Position numbers and translations under genes: made by a program. Positions 27,347-35,647 of a DNA stretch of 64,000 nucleotides are shown piece after piece; the first letter of the stretch is position 1; each line of letters opens with the position of its first letter. This DNA comes from Patescibacteria group bacterium (lineage in GTDB: Bacteria > Patescibacteriota > WWE3 > UBA101185 > 2-01-FULL-41-18), in assembly GCA_038064575.1 (NCBI GenBank), contig JBBTST010000002.1, positions 9,992-73,991 on the forward strand, read 5' to 3'. The notes under the pieces are model-generated. The model was not told where the DNA came from. It saw nothing but the letters and a program-made list of their open reading frames with translations, and did not search any database.

Positions 27347-28723
27347 ATGCAAGAAGAGTTAATGAACAAGATTACAAGTCTTTGTAAAAGGCGAGGATTT
27401 GTGTATCCGACTTCAGAAATTTATGGGGGGTTTGTAAGTTCTTATGACTACGGGCCGTATGGAGCCAGCCTTCTTAGAAATATCAGAAACCTTTGGTGGC
27501 GAGAATTTATTGAAAAACGGGAGGATATGGTGGGGCTTGATTCGCAGATTATTCTCCATCCTAAAACTTGGGAGGCATCCGGACATGTTACTAGTTTCAA
27601 TGAGCCTTTAGTTGAAGATAAGGTAACCCACAAACGCTACAGGGCTGATCATTTGATTGAAACTTGGCTTAAGGTTAACAAGCCTAATGGCAATTTGGTG
27701 TCAGAAGACATGACTTTTGAAGAACTGGCTTCTTTTATCCTTGAGCATAAAGTAAAAAGTCCTGATGGGAATGAGATAACTTCACCAAAAAAATTTAACC
27801 AGCTTTTTAAAACGAGTGTAGGAGTGGTTGAGGGAGATAAATCTGAGGTCTATTTAAGGGGGGAGACAGCGCAAGGGATTTTTTCTAATTTTAAAAACAT
27901 ACTTGATTCTACGAGGATGAGACTTCCATTTGGAGTTGGACAGATTGGAAAAAGCTTTAGGAATGAAATTACTACCGGGCAATTTATTTTTAGAACTCTT
28001 GAGTTTGAGCAGGCAGAAATTGAATATTTTTTTGATCCTGAAAAGTCTGACTGGCAAAAGTTAATGACCGACTGGAAGGCTGCTATGTATACTTTTGTAA
28101 CCAAAACTTTGGGTGTTAGAGAAGAAAACCTTAGATGGCGAAGACACACTGATAAAGAGAGAAGTCATTATAGTAAAGATACATATGACCTTGATTACCA
28201 GTTTCCTTTTGGGTGGAAGGAATTATGGGGAATTGCGTATCGAACTAATTATGATCTGACACAACATGCTAAATTTTCAGGACAAGACTTAGCTTTTAGA
28301 GACCAGGAGTCTGGGAAGGTGTTTGTACCTCATGTTGTTGAACCAGCGGTTGGGCTTAATCGCTTGTTTTTTACGGTTTTAGCGGATGCTTATGTAGAAG
28401 AGGAAAGGCGCGTAGTGCTCAAACTAAAGCCTGAACTGGCCCCTTATAAGGTGGCAGTTTTTCCTCTTGTTGCTAATAAAGAGGAGCTGACCCGAAAAGC
28501 AAGGTTGGTTTATGACAATTTAAAGATGTCTGTGCCAACTTTATGGGATGCTAGGGGCAATATTGGAAAAAGATATTATGCTCAGGACGAGCTTGGAACC
28601 CCTTATTGTGTCACAATTGATTATCAGACTTTGGAGGATGAAACTGTGACTGTGAGAAACAGAGATACAATGGTTCAGGAGAGAGTTAATATGAAAGAAA
28701 TTCTTAGTAAGATTGGTTTCTGA
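27347..28723 (+). CDS. glyQS: Glycine--tRNA ligase (class II, dimeric GlyQS type)
   Basis: MQEELMNKITSLCKRRGFVYPTSEIYGG…YGPYGASLLRNIRNLWW… plus motif 2/3-like FRNEITTGQFIFRTLEFEQAEIEYF. The ORF-track start at 27206 would translate the leader and is rejected. Confidence 0.85.
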   Translation: MQEELMNKITSLCKRRGFVYPTSEIYGGFVSSYDYGPYGASLLRNIRNLWWREFIEKREDMVGLDSQIILHPKTWEASGHVTSFNEPLVEDKVTHKRYRADHLIETWLKVNKPNGNLVSEDMTFEELASFILEHKVKSPDGNEITSPKKFNQLFKTSVGVVEGDKSEVYLRGETAQGIFSNFKNILDSTRMRLPFGVGQIGKSFRNEITTGQFIFRTLEFEQAEIEYFFDPEKSDWQKLMTDWKAAMYTFVTKTLGVREENLRWRRHTDKERSHYSKDTYDLDYQFPFGWKELWGIAYRTNYDLTQHAKFSGQDLAFRDQESGKVFVPHVVEPAVGLNRLFFTVLADAYVEEERRVVLKLKPELAPYKVAVFPLVANKEELTRKARLVYDNLKMSVPTLWDARGNIGKRYYAQDELGTPYCVTIDYQTLEDETVTVRNRDTMVQERVNMKEILSKIGF

Positions 28724-28756
28724 GCAATTATAAGTGAATGTATATTAGACTGTCAA

Positions 28757-28792
28757 GATCTTTCATACCAACGCTGGTTGATATGAAAGATC
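28757..28792. terminator. Long near-perfect hairpin (16 bp stem with 1 mismatch, 4 nt loop) between convergent genes; putative bidirectional terminator or protein-binding palindrome
   Basis: gatctttcataccaac-gctg-gttgatatgaaagatc. There is no clear U-tract on either side. Confidence 0.4.
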
Positions 28793-28798
28793 AATAGA

Positions 28799-29140
28799 CT
28801 AAGGTGCATCTTCGAAGCTTCCACTATCCTTCAATGCTTCTATCAGAGACTTGATGCTCACTCCGAATAGCCTTAGACCAGGATGTTCGTTTTCTGAGAC
28901 AAGGATAATTTCAAAGCTTGCAGTTTTTGGCATACCTTGTTTCAGGGCTTTTAAACATGTTCCTTTAGGATTACGCTTAAATAAAAGTTCGACTTCAGGC
29001 CGGGTAGGCCAGACTATAACATCTGGGTGATCCTCATCCTCAACCAGTTGGATTGCTTCATACCTATTTTTCACTACTCTTATTGTAAAAAGGGCACCCA
29101 TGATGCTCCATCCTTTGTTTTGTAGGTTAGGTAAACCCAC
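28799..29140 (-). CDS. Hypothetical small protein
   Basis: 113 aa ORF (alternative start MGALFTIRV at 29101). Moderately elevated GC. No motif recognised. Confidence 0.4.
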   Translation of the reverse strand: MGLPNLQNKGWSIMGALFTIRVVKNRYEAIQLVEDEDHPDVIVWPTRPEVELLFKRNPKGTCLKALKQGMPKTASFEIILVSENEHPGLRLFGVSIKSLIEALKDSGSFEDAP

Positions 29141-29244
29141 CTTTCCAGTTTCATACGTTCGGAGGCGGGAGTTCTAAGTTAGATTATTTGCTTTATAACC
29201 CTTTATACAGATTAAGTCAATTCAAGACTTCGGGTTCTCTTTGT

Positions 29245-29290
29245 ATTGACAGTATTTCTACATTGGTTTTAAATGGTGATAAATGGTGAA
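29245..29290 (+). promoter_or_regulatory. Putative mra promoter (TTGACA-17-TTAAAT) overlapped by three 10-bp-phased direct repeats (aTTGGTttta/aaTGGTGAta/aaTGGTGAat); candidate MraZ operator
   Basis: The -35 TTGACA is at 29245-29250 and the -10 TTAAAT at 29268-29273. The tandem decamers at 29261-29290 lie 30 nt upstream of mraZ. Confidence 0.45.
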
Positions 29291-29320
29291 TAGGTAACAA
29301 TTAACGAACATTGAAAAGTT

Positions 29321-29752
29321 ATGATCATTGGAGAATACAAAAGTAAACTTGTAACTGGCAATAGAATAGCGTTTCCTAAAAAATTCAGAGATGAGTTAGG
29401 AGGAAAACTTATTGTCACAAGAGGGTATGAGGGGTGTTTGGTGATAGTTGATGAGAAGGGATGGAGCGGTCTAATTACTGATGCTGCCAAAGGTCCCTTT
29501 GTTTCTCAGTCTGTTAGAGACACTACCAGATTTTTGCTTGGCGGTGCTTTTGAGGTTGAACTTGATGATCAAGGTAGATTCGTACTGCCTCCGAATTTAC
29601 GTGATTATTGTGCAATCTCTGAAGAAGCTACGTTTTTAGGACTTGGAAGATGGGTTGAGCTTTGGAGCGCAAATTCCTGGGATGAAAGGAAAAAATACAT
29701 AGATGATCATAGCAGTGATTTAGGCGAAAAATTGGCCAACCTGAAGATTTAA
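29321..29752 (+). CDS. mraZ: Transcriptional regulator MraZ
   Basis: MIIGEYKSKLVTGNRIAFPKKFRDELGGKLIVTRGYEGCLVIV… shows the duplicated MraZ/SpoVT-AbrB-like fold pattern. It is followed by rsmH. Confidence 0.85.
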   Translation: MIIGEYKSKLVTGNRIAFPKKFRDELGGKLIVTRGYEGCLVIVDEKGWSGLITDAAKGPFVSQSVRDTTRFLLGGAFEVELDDQGRFVLPPNLRDYCAISEEATFLGLGRWVELWSANSWDERKKYIDDHSSDLGEKLANLKI

Positions 29753-30613
29753 ATGACTATTTATCACCAGTCAATATTAGTGGTGGAGGTAGTTGCACAT
29801 TTACAAGTGAAGAAGGGTGGAAAGTATATTGATGCCACTCTTGGTGATGGTGGGCATGCCATTGAAATTTTGAAATTGGGAGGAAAAGTTTTATCTATTG
29901 ATCTTGATCCAGACGCACTTGAAAGAGCAAAACAAAGAATAACTGAGCTTAATTTGGGTAGCTTTTGGCAATCCTTTGAGGGCAATTTCAGAGACATTTT
30001 TCAGATTGCCACAAATGCGGGTTTTGGAGAAGTTGAAGGAGTTATTTATGATTTAGGAACCTCTTTACTTGAACTTTCAGACCCAAAGAGGGGTTTTTCA
30101 TTTTACTCAGGGGAACCCTTAGATATGAGGATGAGTCCTAAACTGGGAGTTACAGCCAAGGATTTAGTTAATGCCCTTCCGGAAAAGAGTCTTGCTAAGC
30201 TAATTTTTACATATGGGGAGGACAGATTTGCAAACATAATTGCAAGAGCAGTTGTTAATGCCAGGAAAGAAAAGGATATTGTATCCTGCAAGGAACTTGC
30301 TGAATTAATTTATAGCGTTGTTCCAAGAATCAAGGGTGTTTCAATACATCCTGCAACAAAAACTTTTCAAGCGTTAAGAATTGCTGTTAATGATGAGCTT
30401 ACAAACCTTGAGGTTTCTTTTGGCGGGGCTGAGAAGCTTTTGATACCTGGCGGTAAACTTGTGGTTATTACCTTTCACTCTTTAGAAGATAAAATCGCAA
30501 AAAGCTTACAGTCCCGACTAAAAGAAGTAGCAAAAGTACTTCCCTCTGAGGAGGAAATCACAAGAAACCCAAGGTCAAGGAGTGCTAAAGTGAGAATTTT
30601 TGAAAAATTATGA
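29753..30613 (+). CDS. rsmH: 16S rRNA (cytosine1402-N4)-methyltransferase RsmH (MraW)
   Basis: YIDATLGDGGHA SAM-binding motif, in the mraZ-rsmH-ftsL order. Confidence 0.85.
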   Translation: MTIYHQSILVVEVVAHLQVKKGGKYIDATLGDGGHAIEILKLGGKVLSIDLDPDALERAKQRITELNLGSFWQSFEGNFRDIFQIATNAGFGEVEGVIYDLGTSLLELSDPKRGFSFYSGEPLDMRMSPKLGVTAKDLVNALPEKSLAKLIFTYGEDRFANIIARAVVNARKEKDIVSCKELAELIYSVVPRIKGVSIHPATKTFQALRIAVNDELTNLEVSFGGAEKLLIPGGKLVVITFHSLEDKIAKSLQSRLKEVAKVLPSEEEITRNPRSRSAKVRIFEKL

Positions 30614-30906
30614 AAATTGATCTGCCAAAGTTAATCTTTTTCTTACTTATCTTTACTACTATTGTAACCTTTCTGGGCAGGGTCCATGTTTTGAATGACC
30701 TTGCAACAAGAGGTTCTGATATAAAAAGCCTTGACGGCAAAGTTTTTGGTCTTTCTAAAGAGAATGAGGAGCTTAAAGAGCAGATTATGCTTCTTTCATC
30801 TCTGAATACCATCAAGGATAAAGCTCTGGCAATGGGTTTGATTGAAGATAACTCCCCAGAATTTTTAACTTCCCCAGTTACAGCTTCTGTACCTTCCGGG
30901 TTTTAG
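30610..30906 (+). CDS. ftsL: Cell division protein FtsL-like (small bitopic, coiled coil)
   Basis: 98 aa with an N-terminal TM (LIFFLLIFTTIVTFL) followed by a coiled coil (ENEELKEQIMLL). It sits between rsmH and ftsI. Confidence 0.6.
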   Translation: MKIDLPKLIFFLLIFTTIVTFLGRVHVLNDLATRGSDIKSLDGKVFGLSKENEELKEQIMLLSSLNTIKDKALAMGLIEDNSPEFLTSPVTASVPSGF

Positions 30907-30909
30907 GCT

Positions 30910-32724
30910 ATGCTAAAAAAGTTTGAGGTTAGAATTTATTTTGTTGAGGCCTTTCTTGCTTTGGGATTTGTCTTTGTTATCTTAAAACTTTTTTTCATTC
31001 AAGTTGTTCAAAATAAAGATTATTTAGCAAAAGCTAAAGATCAGCATTCCAGTGTGCGGGTTTTGCAAGCCAAACGAGGAGAAATACTGTCTTCAGATGG
31101 CTTTCCGTTAGCAACAAATAAGATAACTTATCTGTTATTTGCAGAACCTAAAGAAATTGAGGATAAAGAGGCGTATGCTAAGGCACTTGCGCCCATTTTG
31201 GTTGATAAGCCGAGTGAAAATGGCCTCAAAGGACTGTTTCCATCTGACGGATCTTCCCTAACTTCAGATAAGCTGGTTGAAACTCTTGTACTAAAAGAGA
31301 TCACTGAGACTGAAAAAAGAATCATTGAATATCTTTCTATGGATAAAGCGTGGGTGATGATAAAAAAAGGATTATCCAGAGAGGAAAAAAAGAAGGTAGA
31401 GGAGTTAAAATTGAAATGGTTAGGTTTTGAGGAAGAGCCTTTAAGGTATTATCCGGAAGGATTCCTTTCCTCCCACATTTTAGGCTATGTTGCGGGGGGC
31501 GACGCTTGGGAAAACCAGGGATATTTTGGTTTGGAGGGTTATTTCAATGGGGATTTAAAGGGCAAACCCGGTAAGATTTATGAGGAGTTAGGGGCTACGG
31601 GCAATATAATTCTATTAGGCGGTTTTAGAAAGATTCCCTCCCAGGATGGAAGAAGCCTTGTTACAACGGTTAGAAGAGATGTGCAATTTGTGGTTGAGAA
31701 GCTTCTGAGGGAGGGTGTGGAAAAGTATAGGGCAGAAAGCGGATCTGTTCTTATAATGAATCCAATTTCTGGAGATGTGATTGCGCTTGCAAATTATCCT
31801 ACTTTTGATCCTTCAGACATTGCGGATAAGGCTTTGGAGGCTAGTCCTGAGCTTAAAATATTGAAAAGAAATATTGTGATTTCAGATACTTACGAACCCG
31901 GTTCGATTATTAAACCTGTGACGGTGGCAGCTGCAATTGATTTAAAACTGGTTGATGAATATACCACTTTCAACGATGATGGTCCAAAGACTTACTCCGG
32001 TCACACAATTGATAATTGGAATGGCAAGCATTTGGGGATTCAAAACATCAGAGAATTGTTAGAAAAATCAAATAATATTGGTGCTTCATGGGTGGGAATG
32101 AAAGTAGGAGCAAAAGATTTGTATAGATACTTTAGAAAGTTTGGGTTTGGTGAGTATACAGGTATAGCTTTGGAGGGAGAAAATGCAGGAGTTTTAAGAG
32201 ATTCAAATGAATGGCGGGATATTGATCTTGCAACAGCAGCCTTTGGACAAGGGTTGTCACTGTCTGTGGTCCAGGTAGCCTCAGCTTTTTCTGTTTTTGA
32301 TAATGGTGGAAGGCTTGTTAAGCCTCGGGTGGTTTCAGCTATACTGGATGGTAAAAGAAGGATTGATGTTCCTGTTGAATATAAAAGGAAGATTATTTCT
32401 GAAGAAACGCTTGGAAAAATGAGGAAGTTATTGGTAAATGCGGTGGATGCCGGGGAATCAAGATACTTCAATGTAAAAAATTATACTATTGCAGGGAAAA
32501 CCGGAACTGCTCAAATCCCAATAGAAGGTAAATATGATCCTAATAAAACAAACGTGACTTTTGTTGGCTTTTTACCAAATGTTGAAAATAGCAAAAAGTT
32601 TGTGATGGTTGTTAAGCTTCAAACCCCTACATCAAGTATTTATGCCGCTGAAACGGCTGTTCCTTTATGGATGCAACTTCTGAAAGAATTAGTAAAAATT
32701 TATAAGATTCCACCCGACAGATAG
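30910..32724 (+). CDS. ftsI: Penicillin-binding protein 2/FtsI-type peptidoglycan D,D-transpeptidase
   Basis: N-terminal TM plus transpeptidase motifs SIIKP (SxxK), SNN (SxN) and KTGTA (KTG). Confidence 0.8.
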   Translation: MLKKFEVRIYFVEAFLALGFVFVILKLFFIQVVQNKDYLAKAKDQHSSVRVLQAKRGEILSSDGFPLATNKITYLLFAEPKEIEDKEAYAKALAPILVDKPSENGLKGLFPSDGSSLTSDKLVETLVLKEITETEKRIIEYLSMDKAWVMIKKGLSREEKKKVEELKLKWLGFEEEPLRYYPEGFLSSHILGYVAGGDAWENQGYFGLEGYFNGDLKGKPGKIYEELGATGNIILLGGFRKIPSQDGRSLVTTVRRDVQFVVEKLLREGVEKYRAESGSVLIMNPISGDVIALANYPTFDPSDIADKALEASPELKILKRNIVISDTYEPGSIIKPVTVAAAIDLKLVDEYTTFNDDGPKTYSGHTIDNWNGKHLGIQNIRELLEKSNNIGASWVGMKVGAKDLYRYFRKFGFGEYTGIALEGENAGVLRDSNEWRDIDLATAAFGQGLSLSVVQVASAFSVFDNGGRLVKPRVVSAILDGKRRIDVPVEYKRKIISEETLGKMRKLLVNAVDAGESRYFNVKNYTIAGKTGTAQIPIEGKYDPNKTNVTFVGFLPNVENSKKFVMVVKLQTPTSSIYAAETAVPLWMQLLKELVKIYKIPPDR

Positions 32725-32791
32725 GCTTGTATTCACTAATATATATTGGTATAATATATCCATCCAAAACTTTGGAAATAAGAATAAAAAA

Positions 32792-33124
32792 TTGGGTTAT
32801 TTGGGGGAAAACCTTGCAAAAGATTTTCTAGTGAAGAGAGGTTATAAGATTATGGCTCAAAACAGTCGTTTTGGTAGGAGTTTTGAGATTGATTTGATTG
32901 CATCTAAGAAAGGCGTTATTGTTTTTGTTGAGGTTAAAACCAGAAAATCTTTGAGGTACGGTTATCCGGAAGAAGCCATTACTTATAAGAAAAAGAAGAA
33001 CTTAGTGTTGGCATCCCAAATATATTTGGGTAAGGCAGCTGAGCAAGTTCAAGTCCGAATTGATGTAATAACTATTACCGTTTCTTGCGGGAAAGCTAAA
33101 CTTAGACATTTTATTGGGGTTTAG
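32792..33124 (+). CDS. yraN: UPF0102 family protein (YraN-like endonuclease fold)
   Basis: GYLGENLAKDFLVKRGYKIMAQNSRF…EIDLIA…VIVFVEVKTRK is the YraN signature. A TATAAT sits at about 32747 upstream. Confidence 0.7.
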   Translation: MGYLGENLAKDFLVKRGYKIMAQNSRFGRSFEIDLIASKKGVIVFVEVKTRKSLRYGYPEEAITYKKKKNLVLASQIYLGKAAEQVQVRIDVITITVSCGKAKLRHFIGV

Positions 33125-34148
33125 CAGAATTAAGCGTGGTGTTTTTATTATCTTTAGATTCAGGTTTTATGAGGCCGAGGCGTTCCTTCAGCTGGTTGTG
33201 AATTGGGGAATAGTCGTTGTTTTTGGCAACAAGGACCCAGGCGCCTCCATAGTCAGACATGGGTGGATTATAAAGATAATCCGAATTTACAAAAAAACTC
33301 TCAACTGTATAAGTATCTTTTTCAGGGTAATAAGCCCATAATAATTCGCTTTCTTTCAGGGTCAGATTTGTTGACATTCGTTGTGTAATAACCTCATAAA
33401 ATTTTGTGAGGATGAATGGGTTGAAAACGCTCTTTGGAGTTAGAATAGCGTTTGGCAACGCTTTTAGAATTTTGTGCTGTCTTTGCATTCTTTTAAAGTC
33501 GCTCCCTTCTCCGTTGTTGCCATGTCTTGACCTGGAAAGGACAAGCGCGCTTTTTCCGTCTATTGTTTGTATGCCTTTGTCAAAATTTACTGTTATGTAA
33601 GTTTTTGTGACATCATTTGGATATGCTGAGTCTGTGAACGCAGTCTCCAAGTCAACTTCAATGCCCCCCAGGGAGTCAATAAGCCATACCAGGTCCTCGA
33701 AATCGCACTGAATGTAGGCGTTGGGGCTTATTCCGGTAATACCTAAAAACGCCTTTTGCATGTCTTCCCAACCACCGTTTACAAAAGTGGCATTAATTCT
33801 TCCCCCGTTTATCCAAAGGTCCCTTGGTACAGAGGTTAACACAACTTTTTTTTGAGACTGATTAACAGATAGTAGAACCATGATATCTGTTCTAAAGGCA
33901 GTTTCTGCTTTATGTCTCCTGTCTATCCCAAGAAGAAGTATGCTAAACATCTTATCCTTTCCTATCTTAAGTGGTATTTGTGGCTCAGGTGATGTGTTTT
34001 TGGCCAGGTCTGAACTATCTTTTGGAGATATATCAAGGGGATAGGTAAAAGGGACATTTTTCATTAAAACTGCTAAGTAAATGACAGAGCTTATTAATAG
34101 ACTAAGAAGGAGTGTAAATCCAAACAAAAAAAGGGGTTTTTTAAACAT
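33111..34148 (-). CDS. LytR-CpsA-Psr (LCP) family cell-envelope polymer phosphotransferase
   Basis: N-terminal TM; FSILLLGIDRR…RTDIMVLLSVNQSQKKVVLTSVPRDLWI is the LCP core. Confidence 0.8.
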   Translation of the reverse strand: MFKKPLFLFGFTLLLSLLISSVIYLAVLMKNVPFTYPLDISPKDSSDLAKNTSPEPQIPLKIGKDKMFSILLLGIDRRHKAETAFRTDIMVLLSVNQSQKKVVLTSVPRDLWINGGRINATFVNGGWEDMQKAFLGITGISPNAYIQCDFEDLVWLIDSLGGIEVDLETAFTDSAYPNDVTKTYITVNFDKGIQTIDGKSALVLSRSRHGNNGEGSDFKRMQRQHKILKALPNAILTPKSVFNPFILTKFYEVITQRMSTNLTLKESELLWAYYPEKDTYTVESFFVNSDYLYNPPMSDYGGAWVLVAKNNDYSPIHNQLKERLGLIKPESKDNKNTTLNSAKPQ

Positions 34149-34215
34149 ATCACAGAATTGTAACAGAGGTGGCTAGGTGGTTGAAGTTTTAAGTTTGAGA
34201 ACCTATTATTCAAAC

Positions 34216-35598
34216 ATGCTTAACCCGACCGTTTTCAGAAATTATGATATTAGAGGTATTGTTCCTGATGAGCTCACAGAATTGTCAGCTGAAGAGATAG
34301 GTAAAGCTTTTGGAACTTTGGTTCAATCAAAGTATGGAAAGAATATAGTAGTAGGGCATGATAATAGAAAAACTTCTGCGCCACTTAAAGATAAATTTGT
34401 ATATGGGCTTATGAGTACAGGTTGTAATGTTACAGATATTGGGTTAAGCCTAACTCCAATAATTGAGTTTCTCACATTTGAAAAAGAGTTTGATGCCGGT
34501 GTTATTGTTACTGCCAGTCATAATCCAAAACAATTCAACGGGTTCAGGTTTTGCGGAACTAAAGCAGATCCTTTATATGGTAATTCTATACAGGAAATAA
34601 AAAGTACTATCGATACACAAAATTATAAAAAATCTATGGGGTCGGTAACTTATGAAGATCTTTCAGAGGTGTATGTAAAATATATGGTTTCCAATTTCCA
34701 GTTTAATAAGAGGCACAGAGTTATTGTGGACTGCGGGAATGGAACATCAAGTGTAATTTCAATGAACATTTTTGAGAGACTTAACTTATCTGTTGTAGGA
34801 ATGTATTGTAATCTGGATGGAGATTATCCTCACGGCACACCTGATCCTGAAAGCAATCTGTTTATGCAGGATTTGGCCAAAGAAGTTTTAAAGCAGGGTA
34901 AGGAGATTGGTATTGCCTATGATACTGATGGAGATAGATTTGGACTAGTTGATGAGAAAGGCACAATTTATTCCAATGATAAGATGCTTTTACTGTTTGG
35001 AAAATACATGTTAAAGGATAATCCCGGTGCATCTGTGATATACGATGTTAAATGTACAGCTCTGTTGGAAGACAAAATCAAAGAGTTTGGTGGCGTTCCA
35101 ATAATGATGAGAACCGGACACCCTTATTTTATAGAGCGTATGAAGGGCGGCGCCTTACTTGGCGGAGAGTTTTCCGGCCATATCTACTTTTCTGATAAAT
35201 ATATGGGGTTTGACGATGGCATTTACGCCTCCTTAAGAGTTATTGAAATTTTGGATAAGGAGGATAAAAGCTTATCTGAATTAATGAGTGCTTTTCCTAA
35301 AATGTACCACACTGAGGAATTGAAGTATCCATGCAATGATAATGAAAAAGAGGCTTTGATTGAGAAGATTAGGGAGGTTGTAAAATCGAATCTTTCTATA
35401 GTTAGGGTGGATGAAACAGATGGGATAAGAGCTTATCTCAATCAAAATACCTGGTTTTTGGTCAGAGCATCCAATACCTCTCCTTATCTTTCCTTGAGAT
35501 TTGAATCCCAGAGGGAGAAAGACTTAAATGACGCTTTGATTTATATTGAAGGACTTTTGCCTAAGTTTCAAAGACCTTTAGAAATACTATATTCATAG
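34216..35598 (+). CDS. Phosphomannomutase/phosphoglucomutase (alpha-D-phosphohexomutase family)
   Basis: Active-site GVIVTASHNPKQFNGF and the sugar-binding loop GGEFSGH. The start could be 34177 or 34216 (MLNPTVFRNYDIRGIV). Confidence 0.8.
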   Translation: MLNPTVFRNYDIRGIVPDELTELSAEEIGKAFGTLVQSKYGKNIVVGHDNRKTSAPLKDKFVYGLMSTGCNVTDIGLSLTPIIEFLTFEKEFDAGVIVTASHNPKQFNGFRFCGTKADPLYGNSIQEIKSTIDTQNYKKSMGSVTYEDLSEVYVKYMVSNFQFNKRHRVIVDCGNGTSSVISMNIFERLNLSVVGMYCNLDGDYPHGTPDPESNLFMQDLAKEVLKQGKEIGIAYDTDGDRFGLVDEKGTIYSNDKMLLLFGKYMLKDNPGASVIYDVKCTALLEDKIKEFGGVPIMMRTGHPYFIERMKGGALLGGEFSGHIYFSDKYMGFDDGIYASLRVIEILDKEDKSLSELMSAFPKMYHTEELKYPCNDNEKEALIEKIREVVKSNLSIVRVDETDGIRAYLNQNTWFLVRASNTSPYLSLRFESQREKDLNDALIYIEGLLPKFQRPLEILYS

Positions 35599-35647
35599 GT
35601 ATCAATGTGATTGAAATTGTGGGCTAAGAGGCTATAATTCATAGAGT

